From: Candidatus Uhrbacteria bacterium | Lineage (GTDB): Bacteria; Patescibacteriota; Patescibacteriia; UBA9934; GWF2-40-263 | Reading direction: 5' to 3' | Assembly: GCA_016205975.1 (NCBI GenBank) | Contig: JACQSK010000007.1 | Coordinates: forward strand, 5,328 to 69,327 | Length of the DNA: 64,000 nucleotides | Made by a program: the position numbers and the translations under genes | Notes under the pieces: generated by a model | The model's database searches: none | Told to the model about the DNA's origin: nothing | Seen by the model: the letters and a program-made list of their open reading frames with translations, nothing else | Shown: positions 38,858 through 48,148 of the stretch, piece after piece | Numbering within the stretch: the first letter of the stretch is position 1 | Layout of the letters: each line of letters begins with the position of its first letter

Positions 38858-39472
38858 TTACACAGGCTGAAACTTACGGATCACGGCACGGACGACTCCT
38901 TGGATGATGCAGTCTTGGACATAGAGTGGGTCCATGGAGCTGTTGGCGGGTTGTAGGCGGATCCGATTCCGCTCGCGGTAAAACCGTTTGAGCGTGGCAA
39001 ACGCGTTGTCGAGCAGAGCCACGACCACCTCGCCGTTGCGAGGGCTTGGATTGCGTTCGATCACGACGAAGTCGCCATCGAGAATCCCATCTTCGATCAT
39101 GGATCGGCCTTTGACGCGCAAGACGTATGAGTTCGCGCTATCCATCACGAAGTCCGCTGGCACGGCCATGGCTTCGTTTTCTTGTACGGCTTCAATCGGC
39201 ACGCCTGCCGTGATGAGACCAAGCAGCGGGAGAAGGACCGATGGGCCGCTTGCTGACTCTTCTACCAGCTCGATCGAGCGCGCTTCGCCCTCCTCGCCAA
39301 TATGGATGAGACCTTTTTCAACGAGCGATTGGACATGACCATGGATCGTTGCAGGGGACGAGAGTTCAAAGTGCTCGGCGATTTCCCGATACGACGGTGC
39401 GTAGCCGTTGTCTTCGATCTGCTCGCGGATAAACTCGAGCATCTCAGATTGTTTTTTTGTAAGAGGAGGCAT
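38858..39472 (-). CDS. lexA: LexA repressor
   Basis: N-terminal wHTH (LTKKQSEMLEFIREQIEDNGYAPSYREIAE) and S24 peptidase domain with Ser-Lys dyad (VKGRSM ... LKRF). Start set at Met138 of ORF 38858..39883. Confidence 0.9.
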   Translation of the reverse strand: MPPLTKKQSEMLEFIREQIEDNGYAPSYREIAEHFELSSPATIHGHVQSLVEKGLIHIGEEGEARSIELVEESASGPSVLLPLLGLITAGVPIEAVQENEAMAVPADFVMDSANSYVLRVKGRSMIEDGILDGDFVVIERNPSPRNGEVVVALLDNAFATLKRFYRERNRIRLQPANSSMDPLYVQDCIIQGVVRAVIRKFQPV

Positions 39473-39482
39473 AGGAGGTTGT

Positions 39483-39525
39483 GTTCGTTTTATGTTCGTA
39501 TGGTAGCCCGAACAAAAACCGAACG
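39483..39525. promoter_or_regulatory. inverted repeat in the lexA promoter (candidate SOS operator)
   Basis: tGTTCGtTTTaTGTTCG at 39483..39498 and CGAACaAAAAcCGAACg at 39509..39525 form a 17-bp imperfect inverted repeat 10-50 bp upstream of the lexA start. Contains GTTC/GAAC half-sites, but not the canonical GAAC-N4-GTTC arrangement. Confidence 0.45.
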
Positions 39526-39655
39526 CAATAGATGAGTGTGGATAAGTCGTTTTGTGCACTGCACATCCCCATGTTGTCCGATGACAGGCGGAAAGCGGTT
39601 TGATATTCTGCTGGAGGAATTTGTTCATCCCCTCTGCGCCCTCCCCCTCCTCCCT

Positions 39656-40735
39656 ATGCTTAAAACCGTCGAGTCCGTTACCCAAGGGCACCCCGACAAA
39701 GTTTGCGACCAGATTGCCGACGCCATCGTCGACGAGTATTTGCGCCGAGATACGTTTTCGCGCGTGGATGTGAACGTCATGGGAAGCCACGGCATGATGA
39801 TGATCGGCGGGGAAGTGACGTCGACGGCAGATTTTGACATCGGCGCGCTCGCAAAAAAAGTGTATGAAGAGATCGGCTACCATGACGACCTGGAAGTATT
39901 CGTCAACATCGAGACGCAGTCAGACGAGATGAAACGCATCCATAACGGCGTGACGGACAACGTGGTGGTGAACGGCTATGCGACAGGCGAGACCCGCGAG
40001 CTCATGCCGCGTGCGGTCGTCTACGCGCACAACCTGGCGCGCCGGCTCGATGACCTGCGCCGCACGGACCCCGCGTTCTCCTGGCTCAAGCCCGACGGCA
40101 AGGTCCAGATCACGATGGACGGCTCCCGCGTGAAAGCCGTAACGATCCTTGCCTCGCACCAAGTGAGCATGAAGGACCGCGATGTACAGACCGCTCTTTT
40201 GGAACGTGTGCTCATTCCCGTCGTGGGAGAGGAAGGCGTACAGATCGTAATCAATCCCATCGGTTCCTTCACCGAGGTCGGTTTTCGCGCGGACTCAGGC
40301 GCGAGTGGGCGCAAGGTGAGCGTGGATACCTACGGAGGTCTCATTCCCCATGGCGATTCGTCGCTCTCGGGTAAGGACCCAAACAAAGTGAACCGCGCGG
40401 GAGCGTGCATGGCGAGATTTGCCGCGCGTTCGATCGTCGAGCAAGGTCTGGCGAGCGCCGCGCTTGTGAATCTTGTTTACTCGATGGGGCGCGCAGAGCC
40501 TATCCATGTGCAGGCAACGGCCTCGCCCATAGGCGGTCTACGGCCGAGGGCGATGGGGGAAAAGTCGCAAGGCGCGAAGATGGATCTCACGAACTTGATC
40601 CGACAAGAATTTGATTTCCGTCCTGAGGCGATCGTGGAGAGACTTCAGCTTCTGCAGCCTCTCTATCGCGCCACAGCGTCCTACGGACATTTTGGGCGTA
40701 ATGGTTTCCCGTGGGAGGAATGTCTTGTGTTATAA
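39656..40735 (+). CDS. metK: S-adenosylmethionine synthetase
   Basis: GHPDKVCDQIADA, GKDPNKVNRAGA and YGHFGR signatures. Start set at Met41 of ORF 39536..40735. Confidence 0.9.
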   Translation: MLKTVESVTQGHPDKVCDQIADAIVDEYLRRDTFSRVDVNVMGSHGMMMIGGEVTSTADFDIGALAKKVYEEIGYHDDLEVFVNIETQSDEMKRIHNGVTDNVVVNGYATGETRELMPRAVVYAHNLARRLDDLRRTDPAFSWLKPDGKVQITMDGSRVKAVTILASHQVSMKDRDVQTALLERVLIPVVGEEGVQIVINPIGSFTEVGFRADSGASGRKVSVDTYGGLIPHGDSSLSGKDPNKVNRAGACMARFAARSIVEQGLASAALVNLVYSMGRAEPIHVQATASPIGGLRPRAMGEKSQGAKMDLTNLIRQEFDFRPEAIVERLQLLQPLYRATASYGHFGRNGFPWEECLVL

Positions 40736-40745
40736 TTCCTCCCGT

Positions 40746-41195
40746 ATGAAAGGGAGGAACGCAGATCATGCCAACCGGTCAGTCGCGGCGGTCGTCGCGA
40801 TTGTTTTAGTAGCGAGCGCGTTTCTCTTTTTACGAGGAGCGCCGGAGCAAGTCGTGGGGGTCTCGCAAGACGGCTTGGTGCGCGCCTCCGGGCTCACGCG
40901 TTCCGCGGGAAGCCTTGTGGTTGAGCGCATCGACGACGTGGAGACATCCGTGACGGCTGTCAGAAGCCCTGTCTATGAAGTTTCTTTCACGGGAAACGGA
41001 CGCCTGGATCAAGGGGAGCTCGTGATGGAGATCGACGAGGACGAATCGCTCTCCGATAGTGCCTTGTACGCCTTTGATCGCGAGACACTCAACTGGATTG
41101 AGCTCCCAACGCTCTTTGACCTGTCGCACGCAACCCTCTCGACGTCGCTCTCGTTCTCCGGAAGCTTACTCGTGGTGGCTGGCGCGCGAGAATAA
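40746..41195 (+). CDS. hypothetical signal-anchored secreted protein
   Basis: Start at Met46 of ORF 40611..41195, then a hydrophobic helix. The start codon lies in the loop of hairpin ttcctccc / gggaggaa. Confidence 0.4.
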   Translation: MKGRNADHANRSVAAVVAIVLVASAFLFLRGAPEQVVGVSQDGLVRASGLTRSAGSLVVERIDDVETSVTAVRSPVYEVSFTGNGRLDQGELVMEIDEDESLSDSALYAFDRETLNWIELPTLFDLSHATLSTSLSFSGSLLVVAGARE

Positions 41196-41274
41196 ATTTG
41201 ATGTGCATAACTTTGATGTGTTATAATCGAACCAATCTTTTTTCTTAACGTCCTTTTTTTCTACGGAGCATTTT

Positions 41275-41682
41275 ATGCCAACAAAAAAAAAGCCGGCCGC
41301 GGCCGCGCCTGAGAGCGTTCCAGCAAAACCGGTTGCGAAAAAGAAGATCGCGAAAAAATCCAGCAAGCCCACAGCCGCCAAAAAACAAACGCTGGTTCTG
41401 GACAATGCGCCGGTCCTCATGCAAGAGACGGAAGTGCACAAGCCCGACCACACCATCGAGGTGCATCGCAAGTTCGTCCTGGTGGGCACTTGCTCCCAGT
41501 GCGAGCACATGCCCATGCACGCCGGCAGGCTCGTGGCGCTTCTCTCGGTGGTCATCGCCGTCTTGTCCGTCATGCTCATCGCAAAGTCCTCCCCCATCGA
41601 CTTCAGCCAGTTCCAATTCAGCTTTGCCCAGCAGGAGGAATTACCTCAATCCGATTCCGCATTAACAGGAGGCTCTCGCTAA
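41275..41682 (+). CDS. hypothetical membrane protein with Lys/Ala/Pro-rich N-terminus
   Basis: 135 aa; histone-H1-like basic N-terminus (PTKKKPAAAAPESVPAKPVAKKK) followed by one TM helix. Confidence 0.45.
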   Translation: MPTKKKPAAAAPESVPAKPVAKKKIAKKSSKPTAAKKQTLVLDNAPVLMQETEVHKPDHTIEVHRKFVLVGTCSQCEHMPMHAGRLVALLSVVIAVLSVMLIAKSSPIDFSQFQFSFAQQEELPQSDSALTGGSR

Positions 41683-41684
41683 CT

Positions 41685-42290
41685 ATGAAACGTTTCGCTT
41701 TTGCGCTCGCGGGCGCGCTCATGCTCTTGGGAGCAGGCTGTTCCCAGCCGGCTCAGGAGGCATCTGAAATCACCTTTACCTATCCCGACACTGTGGCAGA
41801 AGAAACACCAGAGGTCCTCTGGACATTCCCAGGAACGCTTCCTGATGAGCAGATCGCTGGGAAACAAATCCGCATCACGACCGAGAAAGGCGACATCGTG
41901 TTTGAATTGTTTGAGGACACGGCCCCTATGACCGTTTCTAACTTCGTGTACCTGACCACCGGCGGTTATTACGATGGTCTCGCCTTCCATCGCCGTGAGG
42001 AAGGGTTCGTGATTCAAGGCGGGGATCCCAACGGGGATGGCACAGGCGGGCCTGGATATGATTTTGCCGATGAGCTCGACGATGCGTATGCGTATGAACG
42101 CGGGATCGTCGCGATGGCCAACCGCGGCCCGGACACGAACGGCTCCCAGTTTTTCATCATGCTGGACGACACGCCGCTGCCTAAGGCCTACACGATTTTT
42201 GGCCGCGTGACAGAGGGCCTGGACGTGGTCGATGAGATCGTCGTGGGAGACGTGATGGGGCGCGTGACGGTAGAAGATCGACAGCCATAA
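41685..42290 (+). CDS. ppiB: cyclophilin-type peptidyl-prolyl cis-trans isomerase lipoprotein
   Basis: Lipobox LLGAGCS. Cyclophilin motifs FHRREEGFVIQGGDP and GSQFFI. Confidence 0.85.
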   Translation: MKRFAFALAGALMLLGAGCSQPAQEASEITFTYPDTVAEETPEVLWTFPGTLPDEQIAGKQIRITTEKGDIVFELFEDTAPMTVSNFVYLTTGGYYDGLAFHRREEGFVIQGGDPNGDGTGGPGYDFADELDDAYAYERGIVAMANRGPDTNGSQFFIMLDDTPLPKAYTIFGRVTEGLDVVDEIVVGDVMGRVTVEDRQP

Positions 42291-42291
42291 T

Positions 42292-43419
42292 ATGTTCACG
42301 CAACGCAGGGTCGAGATTCTCGTCCCTGCGTTTTTAGTTTGTCTGGTCGCTGTGCCATTTGTGGCGGGGTGGGTGGTTTCTGGGAGAGCTCTTACGGAAT
42401 CGGATAGGACGTATTTGACCGATAGGACCTATGAAGAGGACCGTTCGTCGGACCACACGCCTCTGCCAGAGGAAGTCCGCGGTCTGTATTGGACGGCCGC
42501 CACGGCCCTGTCCTCGCGCGCGGACGAGCTGCTTGCGTACATGAAGGCGTCCGGTCTCAACACGGTCGTGATCGACGCTAAGTACGACAATGGTGTCGTG
42601 GCGGCATTTCCGTCGTCCTTGTTCACGACCCTCTACGACGCAGGCATCTACCGCATCGCGCGCGTTGCGGTCATGCGTGACGGCGCGTTTGCGCTCGCCC
42701 ATCCCGAGGTCGCCCTGCGCACGGCCTCGGGCGCGCTCTGGCAAGACAAGGTCGGCTCGCTCTGGGTGGATCCAGCCGCGCCCGACGTGACACAGGAGGC
42801 CATCGCGCTCGGCCGCGCGCTCTACGCCGCGGGGTTCGACGAGATCCAGTATGACTATGTGCGTTTCGCCTCCGACGGCGAGGTGCGTGCGATCGTGTAT
42901 CCGATCTGGGACGGCACAACGTCCAAGGCCGAAGTCATGCAGCGTTTCTTCAGGACGGTGGGCGGCGCGCTTGGGGTAGACGGCATTCCGGTTTCGTTCG
43001 ATCTTTTCGGCATGACGTTCTGGTCTTTGGGTGACTTCAATATCGGCCAGCGCCTGGTTGACGTGCTGCCGTATGCCGACTGGGTGTCACCTATGGTGTA
43101 TCCGTCGCATTATCCAGACGGCTTCAAGGGATACGAGAATCCGGCTGAGGCGCCCTATCAGATCGTGAAGCAGTCGCTCGATGAGGGCTTGCGGCTGATG
43201 CACGGCGTGTATGCCGGCTCGGATGAAGCACTCGCCTCGCACTTCCGTCCCTGGCTGCAAGATTTCGATATCGGCGCCGTGTACACGAGCGACTACATCG
43301 AAGCACAAATCGCCGCCGCCCGCGACACCGGCGCTTCCGGCTGGCTCTTGTGGAACGCGCGCAACGTGTACGAGGCGGCGGATTACAGAGAAAGTCGCGT
43401 CAGTTCCGAGACTTTTTGA
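42292..43419 (+). CDS. putative glycoside hydrolase (DUF4015/GHL10-like TIM barrel)
   Basis: N-terminal TM helix plus the NTVVIDAKYDNG ... GFDEIQYDYVRF pattern of the putative glycosyl hydrolase family. Assigned from memory. Confidence 0.55.
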   Translation: MFTQRRVEILVPAFLVCLVAVPFVAGWVVSGRALTESDRTYLTDRTYEEDRSSDHTPLPEEVRGLYWTAATALSSRADELLAYMKASGLNTVVIDAKYDNGVVAAFPSSLFTTLYDAGIYRIARVAVMRDGAFALAHPEVALRTASGALWQDKVGSLWVDPAAPDVTQEAIALGRALYAAGFDEIQYDYVRFASDGEVRAIVYPIWDGTTSKAEVMQRFFRTVGGALGVDGIPVSFDLFGMTFWSLGDFNIGQRLVDVLPYADWVSPMVYPSHYPDGFKGYENPAEAPYQIVKQSLDEGLRLMHGVYAGSDEALASHFRPWLQDFDIGAVYTSDYIEAQIAAARDTGASGWLLWNARNVYEAADYRESRVSSETF

Positions 43420-43448
43420 AAAGGACTCACACCCACGTGCCTTCTCCT

Positions 43449-43525
43449 CTCATAGGCGGCAGCCACTGCTGCCGCGTTCGAGTGCGCGTACGCTTCGGAA
43501 GCGGGAGCAGTGGCTCCCGCCTCTC
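43449..43525. repeat. ~75-bp structured intergenic repeat, copy 1
   Basis: ATAGGCGGCAGCCACTGCTGCCGCGTTCGAGTGCGCGTACGCTTCGGAAGCGGGAGCAGTGGCTCCC. Two hairpins (gcggcagc/gctgccgc and cgggag/ctcccg) whose loop-proximal halves are mutually complementary. ~90% identical to copy 2. Confidence 0.6.
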
Positions 43526-43528
43526 ATG

Positions 43529-43563
43529 AATTAAAAATAAAAGCGGCCGGGGAGTCCAGCCGC
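43529..43563 (-). terminator. intrinsic terminator downstream of the 482-aa gene
   Basis: On the minus strand, hairpin gcggctggactccccggccgc followed by ttttatttttaatt. Confidence 0.55.
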
Positions 43564-43593
43564 GCGTTGAACACGTTTTTGTTTCAGTCCTCT

Positions 43594-45042
43594 CTACCCG
43601 AGGTAGGACCGGCACTCGGTGATCATCCGGCCCGTGCGCGCGTACCAGCGCAGGAGGGAGCCTTCCAGACGCAACCGGTAGATCGCGTGGCTGCCCTTGC
43701 CCAGTGAGGACGACGTCGGGTCACTGGTGAACACGCCCCAACAGCGGGGATGATCGAAGCCGCTCGCCACGGCATACACGTGCTTGCCGTGGGTCACGAC
43801 CTGGCGGAGGTCGAACACGCATCCTGCTGCGCCTTCGATTTCACTCCAGGTGAACGACCCGTTCTCCTCTCGACGTCCGACCACGAGGAGTTGGCCGCCG
43901 CCCATCAGAGAGACCGAGGCGCGGAAGCCGTCTTGCATGAGGAGGAAGTCGTTGATGTGCGTTGCCAGGACGTGCTGCCAGCGCACACGCGTGTCACCCA
44001 AGTCGTCGTATTCCAGGATCTGGAGGTTCGTGGTCGTGTCCTTGCAGATGAGGAACGAGCCGATCTCCTTCACGGGAGTCGTGGGGAGCTTGAAGGACAG
44101 TTGGCTACTGTCTGGCAGGACGACCAGGGTGCGATCGCCGCACCGCGTGCGGACGCTCCCATTGCCCGTGAGGACCGGATCCCCGCTGACCTCGCCCAAG
44201 TCCTCCCAGGCACTTGCGTGCAGGGGGAGCTTCAGGAGCTTCCCGTCGACGCGAGCGAACACCGAGCCGTTCCACGTGATGACCGGCGCGGAGATGGACG
44301 CGGCCTGGAGCTCCTGGTCATTGTTCACGATCAGCCAGCGTCCCTCGCCACGGGAGATGACCACCGCGATGATGACGTGACCGAAGTCTTCGGCCGTGTA
44401 CCCGTGCACGGCGGCCTGGACGCGACAGTCGGGCTCCCACCAGGGGATGGACAGCTCCTCCCAATCGGTCGTGACGTGAGGCCTGGCATCGAGGCAGCGG
44501 ATCAATCCGCTGCCGCTCCACACGCACAGCGTGTTGCCCGTGAGGACGGCACCGATCGGATCGGAGAATCGACGTGACCAAGGGTAATCGTAACCCTCAC
44601 TCAGGATCGATTGATCGAGGTGCCAGATGAACGGATCGCGAGAGAGGATGGTTCTCTCAAGTGCATATCCGTCCGTGTCGAACACCTGTCCCTCGTTGGT
44701 CGTGACCAGAGGGACTCCATCGACGCAGGAGAACGCGCCTCCCACGACTCGATCCGCCTTCTGCTCCCACGGGTTGAGTCCAGTCCACACGTGGCCGTCC
44801 TTGGTGAGGCCCGCGCAGACATCCTCTCCGCGCTTGTTCATGACGCACACGGTCGTGAGGTCGAGGCTCTTGGGCAGAAGGTTGCCCCACTGCGTCTCGA
44901 ACACCTCGCCCGGCGTGAGCATCCGGAAAGGATCCTCCATGAACCGTTCCAGCAGTTCGACGGGGAGAGTACCCTCCTCGATCGCCTCCCAGACTTCCCT
45001 GCCTACACCGGCCAGACGCCGTGCTTCCTTGGTGAGTACCAT
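43594..45042 (-). CDS. hypothetical repeat-rich (beta-propeller-like?) protein, GC3-rich ORFan
   Basis: 482 aa, strong GC3 bias, recurring Gly/Trp-containing blocks. No family recognised. Confidence 0.5.
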   Translation of the reverse strand: MVLTKEARRLAGVGREVWEAIEEGTLPVELLERFMEDPFRMLTPGEVFETQWGNLLPKSLDLTTVCVMNKRGEDVCAGLTKDGHVWTGLNPWEQKADRVVGGAFSCVDGVPLVTTNEGQVFDTDGYALERTILSRDPFIWHLDQSILSEGYDYPWSRRFSDPIGAVLTGNTLCVWSGSGLIRCLDARPHVTTDWEELSIPWWEPDCRVQAAVHGYTAEDFGHVIIAVVISRGEGRWLIVNNDQELQAASISAPVITWNGSVFARVDGKLLKLPLHASAWEDLGEVSGDPVLTGNGSVRTRCGDRTLVVLPDSSQLSFKLPTTPVKEIGSFLICKDTTTNLQILEYDDLGDTRVRWQHVLATHINDFLLMQDGFRASVSLMGGGQLLVVGRREENGSFTWSEIEGAAGCVFDLRQVVTHGKHVYAVASGFDHPRCWGVFTSDPTSSSLGKGSHAIYRLRLEGSLLRWYARTGRMITECRSYLG

Positions 45043-45182
45043 TGCTTCTCCTGTTCACCACTGTGTCAGGCGGTATGCCTGACAGCTTCGGGTGAACCTG
45101 GGCTTGTGCCCAGTGGATGGAGCCTAACAGATATTGTTTGTATTGAAAAGGGCTTACGTCCCATGTCCTTCCTATACCGTCC

Positions 45183-45260
45183 GTATAGGCGGCAGCCCCT
45201 GCTGCCGCGTTTGGATGCGCGTCCGCATCGGAAGCGGGAGCAGTGGCTCCCTCGGCCGTG
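45183..45260. repeat. ~75-bp structured intergenic repeat, copy 2
   Basis: ATAGGCGGCAGCCCCTGCTGCCGCGTTTGGATGCGCGTCCGCATCGGAAGCGGGAGCAGTGGCTCCC, a direct repeat of copy 1 on the other side of the 482-aa gene. Confidence 0.6.
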
Positions 45261-45298
45261 CCCGTCCTACGGGCGAGGCGGGCGAGGCCCGCCTATGA

Positions 45299-45333
45299 AT
45301 AAAAAACCCACCGTCGCTAAAGCTTCGGTGGGC
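45299..45333 (-). terminator. intrinsic terminator downstream of the 204-aa gene
   Basis: On the minus strand, hairpin cccaccg-aagctttagcga-cggtggg followed by tttttt. Near-identical copy at 46205..46238. Confidence 0.6.
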
Positions 45334-45354
45334 GCGTCAGGCAGTATGGATTCT

Positions 45355-45969
45355 TCAGGCCACGAGCCTGAAGTCGTTGTATCCACTCCCGCCGTCGAAG
45401 CACAGGGAGTGGAACCCATCCGGCGCGTACGAGTCGCGAGTGTTCTGGAGGTACCGCGCCGCGATGCGCTGAAGCGCCGGAAGACGTTCGTGCGGTACGA
45501 GTCGGTTCATGTCCTCGACGAACAACGCGACCTCATCCTGATCCCACCCGATGAACGACAGGAGCGACACGAACGCGTACTCGGGTCGGTACACATTCGC
45601 TCCGTAGCGATAGCCGTACTTGGTCAGCACCCCGTCGCGCTTCGCGAACTGGCGCCCTTCCGGCCAGCGGCGGATGTAGGTCATGAAGCCGTAGTACTCC
45701 ATGGCCCACAGGTAGCTGTGGACGCTGAAGTTCGCGTCGATGTCACCCGTCTTCATGGGGTCCATGTGGTTGTACGCGCGGATTCCGAGCCGCCACATGA
45801 GGTGGTACGGAGTAACCGCCTGCGGCGTGTCGAGCACCCCGTCACGGATGACCGATGCCACCGTGACCGTCGGCGATGCGGTGGTGCGCTCGATCACGGC
45901 CTCGGAAAGGTTGGGACAGGTCGGCTGGGCGTGACGCACGCCGAGCTTCTTTTTGAAGGCAGAGTCCAT
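45355..45969 (-). CDS. hypothetical protein (GC3-rich ORFan)
   Basis: Start set at Met119 (MDSAFKKK...) of ORF 45355..46323, preceded by an AAGGAAG RBS. Aromatic-rich. No family recognised. Confidence 0.5.
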   Translation of the reverse strand: MDSAFKKKLGVRHAQPTCPNLSEAVIERTTASPTVTVASVIRDGVLDTPQAVTPYHLMWRLGIRAYNHMDPMKTGDIDANFSVHSYLWAMEYYGFMTYIRRWPEGRQFAKRDGVLTKYGYRYGANVYRPEYAFVSLLSFIGWDQDEVALFVEDMNRLVPHERLPALQRIAARYLQNTRDSYAPDGFHSLCFDGGSGYNDFRLVA

Positions 45970-46204
45970 TGTTCTTCCTTCCCCGCGTCGCGCGGGGCGT
46001 TGGTGGTGTTGGTCGCGAACCTGTTGTCTCGCCGTTTTTGTGAACGGCGCGAAATCGTTTGGAAGAATAGAAACGATTCCGATCCCATAGATATCTTCAC
46101 CTGCTCTTTGAATTCGTTGAATCCCAAGAAAACAGCATGCAAGATAACGGCTCACTCTAGCCGTTTTTTGTGATTTTGTCAAACGTCTATGAATGAAAAA
46201 ACCC

Positions 46205-46238
46205 ACCGTCGCTAAAGCTGAGGTGGGCGTGGCCTGAC
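46205..46238 (-). terminator. intrinsic terminator downstream of the 138-aa gene (repeat of 45299..45333)
   Basis: ATGAATGAAAAAACCCACCGTCGCTAAAGCTGAGGTGGG, the same hairpin-plus-T-run module. Confidence 0.55.
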
Positions 46239-46247
46239 CGGTGAGGG

Positions 46248-46661
46248 TCAAGCAGATTCGGCGTCGATGACTCGCAGGGTTGCCTTGCCCGTGATCTGGC
46301 ACAGGAGCTCCCAGGTCTGGCACGCGTTATCGGGGCACGAGTAGATGGTCGTGTCGGTCTTGGCGCCTTGCGTTTGCACCGCGACGGGTTTGCCGCAGTG
46401 CGTGCAATTGAAGTGGCCGCGGGCGTTCCGACGCCGACGGTTCCACTCCAGCCACCAGGCCGTGAGCTCGAGCGTCGCCTGTGCGTCATCGGGCGCGCCC
46501 GTAAGATCCGCCCCCAAAGGGAGCTCATGCAGGCCCCGAGCAACGATCCACGAGAGGATCGGCAGGAGGCTCTCACGCAATGGCTCTGGCAGCTCATCGG
46601 GCAGGAGCGTGTGATGGAGCTCACCCACGAGATGCGTCCAGTCGATGCCGTCGGGGTCCAT
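46248..46661 (-). CDS. hypothetical protein with C-terminal zinc-ribbon
   Basis: Start set at Met22 of ORF 46248..46724. C-terminal CTHCGKP ... CPDNAC pair. Confidence 0.45.
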   Translation of the reverse strand: MDPDGIDWTHLVGELHHTLLPDELPEPLRESLLPILSWIVARGLHELPLGADLTGAPDDAQATLELTAWWLEWNRRRRNARGHFNCTHCGKPVAVQTQGAKTDTTIYSCPDNACQTWELLCQITGKATLRVIDAESA

Positions 46662-46747
46662 CTGGATCACGAGGGAAAAAGAGGGTTGAGGGGCGCGGTC
46701 AGACAAGGAACTCCTCCAAGACAAGAGACCTCTGCTATAATAGCACC

Positions 46748-48148
46748 ATGCATCCCGCTATTACAGAGAAGACCTTTTACCAATACCTCAAGTGCCCCAA
46801 CTGGGTGTATTTAGATTTACACGCGTTTGAACCCAGACCGCACGAAGCACTTCTCTCTCGTCTGCAAGACGACGGCCTGCTGCCGGAGAAAGAACGCGAG
46901 CTGCTCACCGACCGTCAGGACACAGCCGAGGTGACGGCCGAGGACCCGGACGAGGCTTTCACTCAGACGCTCGCTTTCATGCGCGAGGGGCGCCACACCA
47001 TTTATCACGGCGTCCTCGTCGACAAGCACTGGGTGGGACATCCGGACATCTTGGAGCGCGTGGAGGGCCAGTCGCGCCTGGGGCATTATTATTATGTGGC
47101 GGCGGATTTGAAGCGCACGCGGTTCGTGCGCGACGATCATAAGTTCCAGGGTTGTTTTTACGCTGAGCTTCTCGAGCGCGTGCAGGGCGTGAAGCCGGTG
47201 CAAGGCTATGTCATGACGCCGGACAGGGAAGTCATCCCGTATCTCATTGAGGAGTTTGAAGCCCAGTACGAGATCACGCTCACCGAGATTGAAAAAATCG
47301 TCGCCGGCAAACGGCCCGCGCATTTTGTGACCTCTGGCTGCAAGCAGTCACCATGGTTTGCTGAGTGTCGCAGCGAGTCGGAAGCGTGCGACGACCTCTC
47401 GCTCTTGAACCGCGTGTGGCGCGAGGAAGTGCATCGGCTTGAGGAGGCTGGCGTCACGACCATCGGCGCGCTCGCGCTCAGGAGCGTGCCAGACCTTGAA
47501 CGGCTGTGCCCGGAGGTGAGCTCCACGCGTTTGGAAATTATGCGCGACCAGGCGATCGCCATCAAAGAAGGCCGTCACCTCATTCGGGGGCACGTGCAGA
47601 TGCCGGAAGCGCGCGTGGAATTATTTTTCGACATTGAGAGCGACCCGCTGCGCGACTTTGATTATCTCCTGGGTGTCCTGGAGGTGACGAGCCATGGCGA
47701 GCAGTACCATTCCTTTTTTGCCGCCGCGCCGGAGCAAGAGGCGCAGATGTGGAAAGAGTTCGTGGCGTTCATCGAGGGTCATATGGACGCGCCCATCTAT
47801 CACTATGGCTGGTTTGAGCGCGAGGTGGTGGAGCGGTTTGCCGCCCGCTACGGCATTTCCGAAATCGCGCGCCAGGCGCTGCAGGAGAATATGCTCGACC
47901 TGCTCGATCTCATCCGGCCCGCCGTGATTTTTCCGCTCTCGTTTTATTCGCTTAAAGACTTGGGCGCCTACATCGGGTTCCAGTGGAGGAGCGAGGACGC
48001 CTCGGGCGCCAACTCGGTCCTGTGGTTTGAGGAGTGGCTCAAAAAGAAAACCCCCAAGCTCCTGCAGAAGATCCTTGAGTATAATGAAGATGACGTGCGC
48101 GCCACGCATCGCCTGCAGCGGTGGGTGAGGGAACACGCCAGTTTATGA
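46748..48148 (+). CDS. RecB-family nuclease, TM0106/COG2251-like (PD-(D/E)xK plus RNase-H-like domain)
   Basis: N-terminal FYQYLKCPNWVYL Cys motif, PD-(D/E)xK-like GHPDIL ... YVAADLKR, C-terminal YHYGWFE ... EYNEDDVRATHRL. Start set at Met57 of ORF 46580..48148. Confidence 0.6.
   Translation: MHPAITEKTFYQYLKCPNWVYLDLHAFEPRPHEALLSRLQDDGLLPEKERELLTDRQDTAEVTAEDPDEAFTQTLAFMREGRHTIYHGVLVDKHWVGHPDILERVEGQSRLGHYYYVAADLKRTRFVRDDHKFQGCFYAELLERVQGVKPVQGYVMTPDREVIPYLIEEFEAQYEITLTEIEKIVAGKRPAHFVTSGCKQSPWFAECRSESEACDDLSLLNRVWREEVHRLEEAGVTTIGALALRSVPDLERLCPEVSSTRLEIMRDQAIAIKEGRHLIRGHVQMPEARVELFFDIESDPLRDFDYLLGVLEVTSHGEQYHSFFAAAPEQEAQMWKEFVAFIEGHMDAPIYHYGWFEREVVERFAARYGISEIARQALQENMLDLLDLIRPAVIFPLSFYSLKDLGAYIGFQWRSEDASGANSVLWFEEWLKKKTPKLLQKILEYNEDDVRATHRLQRWVREHASL

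Noticed and set aside
40733-40762. Terminator after metK
   Set aside because: The hairpin ttcctccc-gtatgaaa-gggaggaa has no following T-run and contains the start codon of the next ORF. It is more likely a translation-initiation structure than a terminator, so it was not listed as a feature.
43437-46740. Integron gene cassettes with attC sites
   Set aside because: The repeated elements lack the attC R''/R' core pair (RYYYAAC ... GTTRRRY) and there is no intI nearby. They look like intrinsic terminators plus a REP-like structured element.
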